Shown one piece after another: positions 12,301 to 24,300 of a stretch of 64,000 nucleotides of DNA. The stretch is taken from positions 4,956,879-5,020,878 of the forward strand of contig CM082579.2 of the NCBI GenBank assembly GCA_040954595.2, read 5' to 3'. Origin of the DNA: Balanoglossus misakiensis. Its lineage: Eukaryota; Animalia; Hemichordata. Below the pieces are notes generated by a model, which saw nothing but the letters and a program-made list of their open reading frames with translations, had not been told where the DNA came from and did no database searches. Both the position numbers and the translations under genes were made by a program. The stretch's first letter is position 1. Every line of letters begins with the position of its first letter.

Positions 12301-15300
12301 ATGCATACACCTGGAAGGGATGACGATAGAAATCAACAGGGGTGCTCATACATGCAAATAAAGACGTCGTACAGATACACAGACAATCAAAGATGTGTGT
12401 ATATGTGCACACATGCACGCAACTTAGCACACACACACATACGACTCATTTTAACATAAATTTGGTGATTTCGGCTAAACTGAACTGAAACACCAAAGGT
12501 GATAATTACAATACTTCATATACAATGGAAATGTCAATTTCATATATTAAGGATAAACACAAATACTTTTTTTGGCCAAGATGACAAAACTGAAAAATTC
12601 TGAGCATTTCAGTCTGAATTTGCCCACTTACCTGTCCCTGATCAGTAACAGCCAGACAATGTAGAGCCCCGACGGCTACATGCACAATCTTCTTGCCCTT
12701 CAGACCTTCCACCATCTGTGGTTTCCTAACATGGGCATCTGTTCCGTGGCCTAGCCTGTAGTAATCACCTTTACCCCTGCATTCAGCAAAACAATTCAGA
12801 GTGTTCATATTTTATGAGTGTTTTGAACAACATAACTTATATTAAATACATGTATACCATAAATGCAAACTTTGCAGGCACCGAAAAATTTTTTTCAATT
12901 AAACCAACCACCTACCATGTCCACACATGTCCCTGTCTGGTCAGAGCCAGCGAGAACTGAGCCCCACACTCAATCTGGATGACCCCCTGACCGTTGAGTC
13001 TCTCAATGTTGTGGGGTATGTTGACTCCCTCGCTGCCCCCTCTGCCCAGCTTGCCAAAGTCCCCATCACCCCAGGAGAAGACAAGACCTTCATCTGTCAG
13101 ACACAGCGTCTGGGCGTCCCGGCTGCCACAGGCAACTTGGACCACTCGGTGCCCTATGAGGCTCTTGATCTGGGAGAAAAACACATCAAAATATTTTACC
13201 CTGTACTGTATGGGTCCACTATTGATGATTGATAAACTTCGAGAGGTTATATTCCATACAAAGGATAGCTCCATTTAGCACATCATTGATTATCTCACCT
13301 GTTTGGGTCTGAGTTGTGTGGTATTGTCTCCATGCCCCAATCTGCCGTATTCACCAAGTCCCCATGTGTAGAGAGCGCCGTCTGATGTAATGGCAGCACT
13401 GTGTGAGCTACCACATGCTATGTCCCTTGCTCTCTTGGTCTTCAGGGCTTCTATCAACCGAGGCTTGTCACAGTTCCTGTGAGATACAAGATTCAAAGTC
13501 AGCCAAGTCATAATTTTGTTACATCATTTATCTTGAAAGATAAGATAAAGATCCAGAAAAAAATTTCCTCTCAACAGCACAGGAGTCAATAGGGTGTACT
13601 CACATTCGACTGAAATGACCCAGTTTGCCATCGTCACCTTCTCCCCATGAGAACACCTTCCCATCTAACGTCAAAGCCATGGAATGACGTCCACCTGAAA
13701 AGATTGAAACAAGATGGTATAAATTGCAATCATTTCATCATTGAAGAAGTGCTTTTCAAAGGCTGCCAGGTTATGCATTGGCAATCCAGGATAAAACACT
13801 GCGTGACTTCTTTGGCATTTTCTGCCTGCTATCAAAGAACAGCCACTGTAATTATGAATTTCAAAGCTGGTCTTACCTGAATGTACAGCCACTTTCTTGA
13901 CGACGTACTGCGATAGCGACGACAGCTGCCTGGGTACAGACACGTTGCCGGACAGAGACCCAAGTCCTAGTCTGCCGTTGGTCGATTCTCCACACGCAAA
14001 CACCTTGCCTTCTTGTGTGACTGGGGTGAAACAGACAATAACAGACTTTACTATCTTATGAAGACCAGATCTCTGCTGACAAATTACAACAGCAACACTG
14101 GACAAAGTAAATAGGTTTGTAAGACTCTGACTCACCTATAAAGAGACTCTTGGAACCACCACAGATCTGTACGCATTTTAATGCTGACAGGGTCTCGTTG
14201 AAAACTGGGGTTTTTATCTGCAATGATATGAAAAAAAACTTTTAAGTCAAGAGTAACATCACCCATTCATTGATCCATTGTTCTCTTTCAAAACTTGGAA
14301 ATGTACCAGTACACTTAAGACTTAAAGCTTTTCATTTTCAAGATAAGAAAGAAATCTAAAACATAAGGATATACACATCCACTGTGCCTGTATGGCTAAG
14401 TATGAGACAAAGCGGCAAACAAATGCTCCGTGCAACTTGCCTTGGATCCCTTGGGTCCTCCTAACTGATCCTTATCATTGAGTCCCCACATGAAGACCTT
14501 GGTTTGGATTTCATTGGCCGACGCCATGCCCATGGCCCTCTGTTTCTGCGTGGTTCTGTTGTTGCTGCGTTCATCGTCTTCCTCGTTGTCCGAGGCCAGG
14601 AAGGAGTAGCTGGCGGCGATGTCATCGTCATCAGCCTTCATCCTTCCGATGACGTGGATGCCGTGCACCTTGCAGTCTATGCCGCTGCTCTTGCACTGCC
14701 GGATGGCTATCTCCACAAACCGGAAGTACTAGAAACGCATTTAATGAAATTGTAGGTTAGTAATCATTAATAAATTTTGTTGCAGATCTGATCCAGCCTT
14801 CAAAGTACATAAAATACATCCACTTATATCACGGTAACTCATATAAAGATGTGAAGTTCACCTCTGTCTGATCCAGCAGCAGATTGACAACAGACTCGGT
14901 GGCACCAATGTTGACCGTGTTCAGCTCTTTCATGGCAGTGGTGGAGTCTCTGCCCGATATCACTATCAGGGATGGCTGGTAACTGCTGTCGGTGGGTTCC
15001 ACTGTCATGCGAAGTCGGTGTATCAGCACATCAGGCTGCATCTCCAGCCGTATCCAGTGCTGAAATCAAGGAAAGTGTCATGGCTTAGGGATGAATGACT
15101 TATTACAAGCACAATGACCGATTGACTGACCACTTGGAATATACTTCAAGGGCTGTCACCACCCTTTGCGGAATATCTGAGACTTCCTACCTTTCCTTGG
15201 GAACCAGACGACTGCCAGTATGTTGCCGGGTTGGAATCAATCAGCCGTGATGCCTGGCTCTCTCTGGTGGAGACAGACAGGTGCTTGACGCACCGACTCC

Positions 15301-18300
15301 ACTCTTCAATCAGAGCCCCGGCTGGGCTGGTCTTCTTCTTGCCACGGCCAGGCCGGCCAGCATTCACTGGAACGGCACCTGAAAGTGTTGAACGCAGAGT
15401 TAAGGTTACCTGTATTACAGTTCTTTATTAACGTTCTGCTTATGAACCAAGAGAAAAGTATGAATTCTCAACAGGTTTTTCTTTAATGTTGCGACAACAG
15501 TTCTATCAGAAAACATAAACCCACCTGGCTCTGAAATGCGGTTGAACTGGTGTTTGTGACTTCTCCTCATGCGGAAACAGTTTTCACAGAAGTCAAAGTC
15601 GTCACAGGTCTTACACTTGAACCTTGGCCCACTGATTGGGTACATACGGCAACCATCACAACTGATATCAGGAAAAAAAAGAGAAAGATTATTGTAAATC
15701 ACGACGGTGTCCCTCAATACTAACAATAATGAATCTGATTTCAGATTTAATTAATGATCAGTGTCCTGTTTCTTATAGAAAAGACAAACTGAGATCCAAC
15801 TTCTCTACCTCTTAGGTTGTCAAACCAAGGCAGCATTGCCAGGAAAATAGAGTTGGGAAAATAATATGGGGATGATACATAAAGACTGGCATATTCAGGT
15901 AACACTAAAAGCAAGATGTCTGTCTCCCCTTGGACCTGTCAGTCTCTCAAAAAGGTACTAGTTATTATACCTCCTCAAAGATGATACATGAAGATAACAT
16001 CCTATTTGTAGTTAATGCACTGTACTACAAAGTGATTGTGTACATGTAATCAATACAGACGAACAAACACACAGACAGAAATGAATCTAAAAGTCTAAGC
16101 CCAAGTTGAGACATTCTCGGTACAATTCTGGACAGCTTGCAAAATCCATAAAATCACTCCAAAACCGTTGGAACGACTGCTCTTCAACAGGGCTTCTCAG
16201 AGAAAGAAACATTAATAAAGAATATGGCAGAAAGTACAACCCTGCAAGTATGAAAGAGAATATAAGAAGAGAATGCACAAGACAAAAAATACATATATCT
16301 GGAAGTAAGTACATGGAAGATATGCTTTCACAAGATTGAGAGGTTGTGCAGACATTAGGGTAAACTCAAAGACTTACAAAACTGATGTTAGGACCACATC
16401 ATGCTTACTGTAACACACTGGAGGGGGTTGACAGCCACATATGTGCACAAAAACACAGCAGAGCCTCAAACTGCAAGCCTGACATGCTTATTACTGACCC
16501 AAAATTATCTTACGTTATAAATCGGATTAGAACAGAGAAAATGTCGTTTTTTAACAACTTACAAGTGAAAGTTAAATTGATAATAAGAAACTGAAAAAGA
16601 TATTAGTGCAATGTTTTGCGTTCTGGGAGTTTTTTATATGGGACAGGTGTATTTGGCAATTACTTTTATTATTGTCCTCTCTTGTAGAGAATTAAATGTC
16701 TAGCGGCTGTAAGTTTGGAAGGCAAATGACTAAGGTGCCATTTTTTGGAAAAGAAGTTGATTATAAACTGAAAGACTGTACAGTGATCCTTAGTGAATTT
16801 GATGAAGGTAACCAACAAAAAAGACAGGAAACTTTACTAATACAACAAGAAATGCTACAGCTCCACCGTTTAAGATTTTTTCTTGAGAGGACATGTTTTA
16901 TTTTTATTTTTTAAATTTTCAAAACATGCAGTTAACCTAAAATAAGGGTGCTGGGGGTATCAGAGAAGATAGGTAGATGAAAAGTCACTTACAATCGGTC
17001 AGAATGAGCGAGGTCAGGCTTGCTGGGTCCCGACTCTGTGTGCTGTGCCTTGTCCAGCACTGTGGCTCTAAACCTATTACTGCTGGCTTTCACAGCTTAC
17101 GTCCGGAACCCAGAGCAAACGCGGAGAAAGAATAAAAGGAAGGAACGAGACAGAAAGAGAGAGAGAGAGAGAGAACCACAATCAATGGCCACGTGGGGAG
17201 AGAGACGGTAGGAAAGGGGAGGGACTTACGTGACGCCGGGATGGTTGCTAGGCACCAGCTCCATCTCGGATACAAAGCCGATCCAGTGGGACTGTTGTGG
17301 GAAATCCACAGTTATGTCTCGGCCGTTAGCACTGATGGCTGCAAATGTGAAGAGAAATAAGATGCATGCACCAGTGCAGACAATGTCAATCACAAGGTGG
17401 ATGGGTTTGATGAGTGAAGTGCCTGCTTCAGATCATAAAGGTTTATGCACTCATGATTTCCATCTATTGAACCCTAATGAAAACTATACATTCTAATGTG
17501 CAACATGCAGCTATAAATATCAACGAAGATTCATAAACACATCATGTTTACTTGAGTATCACCCAAAAACCATAACTCACAAGATTTTTTATAAAATTTT
17601 ACTTTTTCCATGGACTGTTTTTGTCTTCACGCACATTCATTTGGATTAACCTTCTCACCCATAGAAACATAATGCCCTTACCAGTGACTGTTCCGATGCT
17701 TTGATGTGTGGCAGATCCCCACTTGTACTTGGGCGATGTGATGTTCTGCTTGACGCGCACTCGATCGCCAACTTTGATGTTAGTGCCTGTGGCGGCCGGG
17801 GCCGAGTGGCCGAGCAATTCAACGTGGATGTACCGCACCCAGTACGTGCCCCCTTTACGCTGCCAGTCGGCTTGGACGTTGAGATCGTGTAGGCCGTCGC
17901 GGTCGAGCTGAAAGAAGGAGTTGAAGTATGTTGATTTCTTTGGGTTTCTACCGGGCATCATTTTGCATTCACTGTGTAGGTCGGGTCAGGGTACTTGAAG
18001 ATAACGTGGGTTTGGACTGAAGGGTTAAAACCATGTAATTCTCACCTTGACAACTCTGCCAGAATCCCCTTCTTGAACCTCTTCGTACGTACGGCAGCAT
18101 CTGACGGCCATGCCCACCTGGATGTTATCTCTCACGTACATAGCATAGTCATCGTTGTTGGTGTAGTCACCGCGCCGCTTGTACAACTCCGCTCCGGGAC
18201 CCTGAAGGAAATAAAGTGTTGTTGAACACATTTCGATATCAGTCAGGTATTATAATTGTACCATGAATTTCATAGGTTAGAAATCCATGCAAAATATCCA

Positions 18301-21300
18301 ATCCACACAAATGCCATGAAAATAAATGGTTACACAAATTATTCCATGAAGACGATCACAAGGAATATCAAGGGACATTTACCGCATCATTGGAACCCTC
18401 TGGATCTTCAAACTCATCAGAGACCGAGTCGGTGTCTGACAAATCGTCACAGGATGAAATGCTCTCGGAATCAGATTTCAAGTCTGGCACTTGGAGATCG
18501 GGATGTTCCAGCAGCCAGCTGACAAGGACCTCAGCTGATGGGGCATCACCAGAACCACCTGTAAATAGTGTTACAAAACAAAAACATTACCAGATCACAA
18601 AATGTAACGTTCCCACCCATCCGTTAAAATGTCCAATATGTTCATGAATATATGACCCACATATGCGTAACTGTGCTATGTTTAATTTCCACCACAAATT
18701 TAAATTAATTCACTAACAAAAATTGCACCATTTTCAGTTATACCGCCATTTGTGAAAGTATGCAGCACCTTCCTCAGATATGTCTCACACACCAAATACT
18801 CACTGTGTGCCTTGATTGCAAACTCCACGTTCTTCCTGGGGAAGCCCATTTCCATCAGCTGCTGCATCAGCGGCGACGGGCGTGCCGGAGACGGCTTCCT
18901 CTTCTTGGCTTTGAACATGGCCTTGACGTTGCTCTGCCTCTCACTGTTGTTGATGTTGTTGTTGTTTGTGGTGGTGGTCGGGGAGGTGGTGGTGGCGGCG
19001 GCGGATGGGGTCGTGCTGCTGGATGGGGCAGCGGCCGCTCCAGTTGATGATGTGGAGGTGCTCAGAGGGGTAGACAGGGGCGTCTCCGTTGAGGTTGGCG
19101 TCTCGTCCATCATTGGCTGGCTGGCTTCTGCCGCAAGGTACTGACACACGGCTAGTGCAGCAGCCTGTGGGAGAACCAATTCCACATTAGGCCAAAAATA
19201 GAGCTTCATACAATGGTAATACAAAAGACAAGAACACAGCAGGAGTATTTTGAACTCTACAGGGTTTTTATCAGGTGTTTGGGACGCCCAAAAAGGAGAA
19301 CTTCTGATCAAGACAAGAAAACAAAAGAACAGATATCTTCCTCTTTGAACAAAGCAAAACAACAACATACCTCCAACTCTTCCCTATCAAAAACAGCTTT
19401 GATGGGCGACGGTTTTGTGGCAGCCAACATCAAATGCTGCAACAGAAGAATCTGTGTTGTGCTCGATTCACTGCCATCTTCAGATGACGGTGAGTCCACC
19501 GTCGTCATTAGCGACAGCAGCTGTCGCAGGTTGCCCTGCCGACTGAACAACACCCTGGCAGCTTTTAAGACTCCGAGGCGTATCTGTTGCTTTCTCAGTA
19601 ACTTACAGTTGATGAAGTCTGTGAGACGAAAATCTTGAGTTAGACAGGAGAGCATGGAGGATAGTTAATGTGACTATTTTTCTTCAAACTAAAGTAGGTT
19701 TAATGATCTTGCAGTTAAAAAGTCACAATTTGCACAACACTGAAACAATCAGATTCCAAACAAGGTTGACTTCAGATTTTTTTCCCCTAAATGGGGCCAT
19801 GATTTTACCTGTGTCAGATGTGTTGAATGAAGATGAGCTGCTGGGTCGACTGAGTGATGCGGCTTCCGTCTTTGGTGATTTGAAACCAGAACCGACCAGA
19901 CTCCCCAGGGACACCCAGGTGTGCAGGATGTTCTCTGACCTCAACAGTTTCTCAACGGTGAAACCAATCACTGGCACCTGAACAGAAATCAAGAGATGGA
20001 TATGAGAAAACTCAATTCTATTTTGAGAAGAAGTCTCTCTATACTGCTCATGCAATTTCTATTTTGCAGTCTTCACAGAACATGCTTTTCAACATGTGAA
20101 CACCACAGCTGAAGATATGCTGAAGATATATCTTCAGGAGATAAAACAGGCTTTGCTTATGACAAGCCTTAGTACTGACACATCAGTCAACTCACACTAC
20201 AACTTTCTGAAATTCAACATAGATGCAATGTAACTGTAATGCATATGTCACACTCGCAAATGCAAGTTTAAGACACACTACCGTGAAATTCATAACCCGC
20301 GTTGACAAAGGATATCCCTTAACTCACCGGAGCTAGATTCTTGAGTCTACACAGCTTCATGGTCCTCTGGCTGTCACACTGCACAGTGAGTTTGCCATTG
20401 CACGAGATCCTAGCCACGGTACCGAGCCCCCACTCCTTGTGCCGGACGACTCCACCAAGGCGCGGTCTGCTGTCAATTCCTCCGATCACTGCCAGGACAG
20501 CCATCACTTCACCTTGGTTGGCCAGGGCACTACTGTCATCATCTACAGTTTGCTGTAATGCAAAATGATTATCATTTTTAATAATCTGTGATAATATCAG
20601 AAACATAGAAGTATACAGTATACATAGAAGCTTGTAGCACTGTGCGGAACTGGGCAAGTCTATGTAAACACAAAAACATGAAACTGTTCCATTCACATAC
20701 AGCAACAACAGGCCGACGCCCACTCACCTCATCACTGATTAAAGTAGGTCTATCGGCCACCATGTCGTTGATGAGATTCAACCTGATGGACACGTAGTCA
20801 TTGATCAGTTCACTCCAAGAATCCAGAGAATGCAATTTCCTCATCAGGGACACCAGCTCTTCGGCCACAGTACTGCTGAAAGATGCAGTCAGGGAAACTT
20901 GGGCTCTTGGTGGCTTCTTCTTTTTGGCACCGTCATCTGGTAGTGTGCAAAAAATATGGGAGGGATGAGCATTCGGGGTGATTTCAAAATAAGAAATAAG
21001 ACATCATCATCAAAAATAGTTGTAACTTTTATCAGCATTTATGATTTAGTTTTGCATAATTTTTTTGTTAGGCTCCATGACGCATTCTAAAATGCCTAGA
21101 ATTTCGGTAATAAACCTCATTACCACAGATCATGCAATAAAACTCAACTCTCCTGTGAATACTTGTGACACTGACCTGCGGAAAGCAACGATGGATCTTG
21201 AGAACACGACAGCATGACAGTACCAAGAAGACTGAACAGTTCATCCACAAGACGTCTCATTGTGGTCACCTGCTGGCAGATATCCCAGGACGGTAACACA

Positions 21301-24300
21301 GCACGCAGAACCCTCAGTGCCAACACCTGTAACAGATACAAGCAGAAAGTCAGGGAGATTAATACTGTACCACACTGCAAAAAGTCAGTTTAACTCTTTC
21401 ACCACCATGGGTTGGTCCAAATGCAATTGTTTTCACTGGACATCTAAAATGGAAATGGGGGTGAAAGGGTTAAATACTTTGTAAAAAATACAAGACTCGA
21501 GACTAAGATCATTACCTGTCTTGGAAGGGTGTGGGCGGTCGGTGGATTGTTGCGTTCCCCGATGACTCGTAGCAACTGTTCAATCCACTGTGGAGTACTC
21601 AATGCACAGCACACGGCCGGTGAGGTGGCTATGCTTCGTGTAAAACCCAGAGTGGCCCATTCGCAGTACTGTTGGAAGGCTATGCTCGATGGCGAACCTG
21701 TAGTTAATACAAAATGCATGAAACAGGTGTTTTTTTTATTTCTTCACTGGGCAGTTCCTATTATTATAAAAAGCTGCTGCTACACACAAAACACTCATCT
21801 AGACTATCAAAAGTTACAAGCGTCTCTTCACACAATACCACATAAGAAGAAGACAAGGAAAGGGTCTTGTTTACAGATAGGTCTGTATCATCTGCATGGT
21901 CAGCAAAAAAATCCCACTACCACTACTCACTGTCTTCTGTAGTGCAGCCAGCGTCCACCAGCGTCCGGAGAAGTCCACACACCGCCCTGACCGCTTCTTT
22001 CTGCATGTGTTCAGCGTGGATTCCAGTGCAGATGGCCAGGGATCTCAGTAAATGGATACCGGCATAGTGGATTAGTATGGTCGGGTGGCTGCTCTCTCTC
22101 TTGTGGACCACTGCTGTCAGAAAGACCAACACAAGCATGAGACAAAGAATGGACAGAAAAAAAAACATGAAATGTACTGTGGTAGTGTTTGGAACTGAAA
22201 TGTCATATCATATAGTCCAGTTTGGGTGATTGTAGATTCCTAGTATCATTCCAACAATCATCATGAACTTCTTATCCTATGTCGCCGTAGAAAAAAAACA
22301 ATGCAACTACACAAAACCATTATGAAAACTGTCTGAAGCTTCCATCATTACCTGGATCAATATCAAGCTCTTTGTCGTCCTCCTCTGTATTCTGCATCGG
22401 GGGTGGTCCAGCCAATTTCAGATCATATTTCCCTTCCTTTCCCATTCTGTAAGAGTTCGTGCTTCCGGTGTCCCACTGCACCCGGATCCAGCCATCCTCT
22501 CCCAGCTCACCAATCACTCTGCCTTCACTTGGTGGGGGACCATCCTAGAACCACGAACATGCATGCATTGTAACATTACTCAGTGTGTTTTTATTTTTTG
22601 CAAGGATTACAAAATGTACGCCTGGTACCAAATCCAGAAGTTCCTTGTAAATGTTGACAATATTTCAATATGACTCTCTTTATGCTTATTATTACCACCT
22701 ATTTGAGTTTGTCACAAATAGTTTTATTATTGTCAATCTATTGATAAAACTCCCTCACCTGATCACCCCACTTCCAGTCCTGACCTCTGACCACTCTCGT
22801 GCCAATCTTCATCATGGCGGCCAACTCTGGTCCACTGGTAGGCAGAGGTATGGGTTGAGGCTGTGATTTGGTCTCCTCGACAACTGCAGCTACGTGCGGC
22901 TCCTCCTCCTCTTCATGTGATTCAGGGTTGGGGCCTACAGAAAGAGAGATTGGTGGAGACATGTGTGATTCAGGGCTAGGGGCTTCATTTTTTTATTTTT
23001 GATACGCAGTGGTTTGTGCACAGACGTGCTTGCTACATGAGTTTGTGTGATAAGTCTGGGTTCAAATCCTGTAAAATAAAGTCGATTTGCAACATTTCTC
23101 AGCAATGGTGTAGTGTGCACTGCTTACCTGCGAGTCTGAGCACTGTCTGTGTCAGGCCAAGCACACCAGAATTCAGCAGCAAACTCAGGCTATTTGCCTG
23201 GTGTTCCGACGTCAACATAGTCAACATGGCCAGCAGAAATCTGGCCTGCGGATGGGTCCCGAGACTGTTGCCATTGTTGAACGCTCTGCTGGGGTTGATG
23301 CCGGACGTCTTGAAGAGGTAATCGACGTTGAGTACGGCTTCTCTGAGCGTGTTGATGGCCCAGGTGTACAGCTTGGCGAATGTGATCTCCATGATCATTC
23401 GATTGTACGTTGGGATGAGGGTTATGTTCTCCAAGCAATGAGGCATGGGTTCACTGAAATATAACACAGACAAGTGAGATGCATGAAGTAAGTTCTACAT
23501 TTGAACCATCGTTATTTGAATTGTGGCTCATCCTAATTCAATATTTTTACAGTGAGAAAATAATTAGGGTTAAGAGGCCAAAACCAGCAATGGTGACTGT
23601 GTGATGACAATTTCAGAGACGGATATAATTATATATTTATGTGTAATGGTGAGATTTTCATACTGTACAATTATTTGCACATAACATAATATAATTATCT
23701 CTACTTGATATTCTTGGCAGTACCTGAATGACTTTGTCAGAGGAAGAAGTCCTTGCCAGCCACACAGTACATTGTATCTCACAGATGGAATCAGGAAATC
23801 TTTCTCGACCAGTCCCAGCATGGCTTCAACACCTTTCTGTCTGATGTGAGCTCTCTCGACCTAATGCGAAAAGGGACAAAATGGGAAAATAAAGTTTAAA
23901 ACATGAAGCAAGTAGGCAGTATTCGCTTAAAAACGGACTTTGAAATTATAAGCACCACACGAAAACTCTCTCACAAATGAAATCCTTCCTCTACCTGAGA
24001 CTGCATGGCTTTCCTGAGGTTCTCTACATTGAAACCATCCTGGGTGACAAACTCCACAATCTTCTGCATCAACGCCATCTCTGTAGATGCTCCCGTCATT
24101 CGCTGTCTCAACCATTTGAATTTCCTGGCGCTGGTGATTGCACCCAGGACAGACTTCCATGAATCCTAACACATGAGAGAGAACAGAAAATAGAATTATA
24201 AGGAAAATGTGCATCAAAAATCAAAGTCTTGAACTTTCTCTCATATTTTGCTCGAGGCAACTTTAGGTACAACTTTTCTTGTGATACATAATACCACAAG

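Noticed and set aside
16087-16314. 75-aa minus-strand ORF as an alternative terminal HERC2 exon
   Set aside because: No recognisable homology, and it would need a weak GAG acceptor.
3410-21100. Intronic C/D snoRNAs in HERC2 (ATGATGA at 3462, 7327, 13741, 21010 on the minus strand)
   Set aside because: No suitably placed intronic CTGA D box or terminal stem seen by eye; an Infernal/Rfam scan would be needed to exclude them fully.
22935-23068. Upstream alternative acceptor extending the exon before the MIB-HERC2 domain
   Set aside because: The in-phase reading ends at the TAG of the real acceptor; the intron only shows an about 21-bp duplicate of the exon start.
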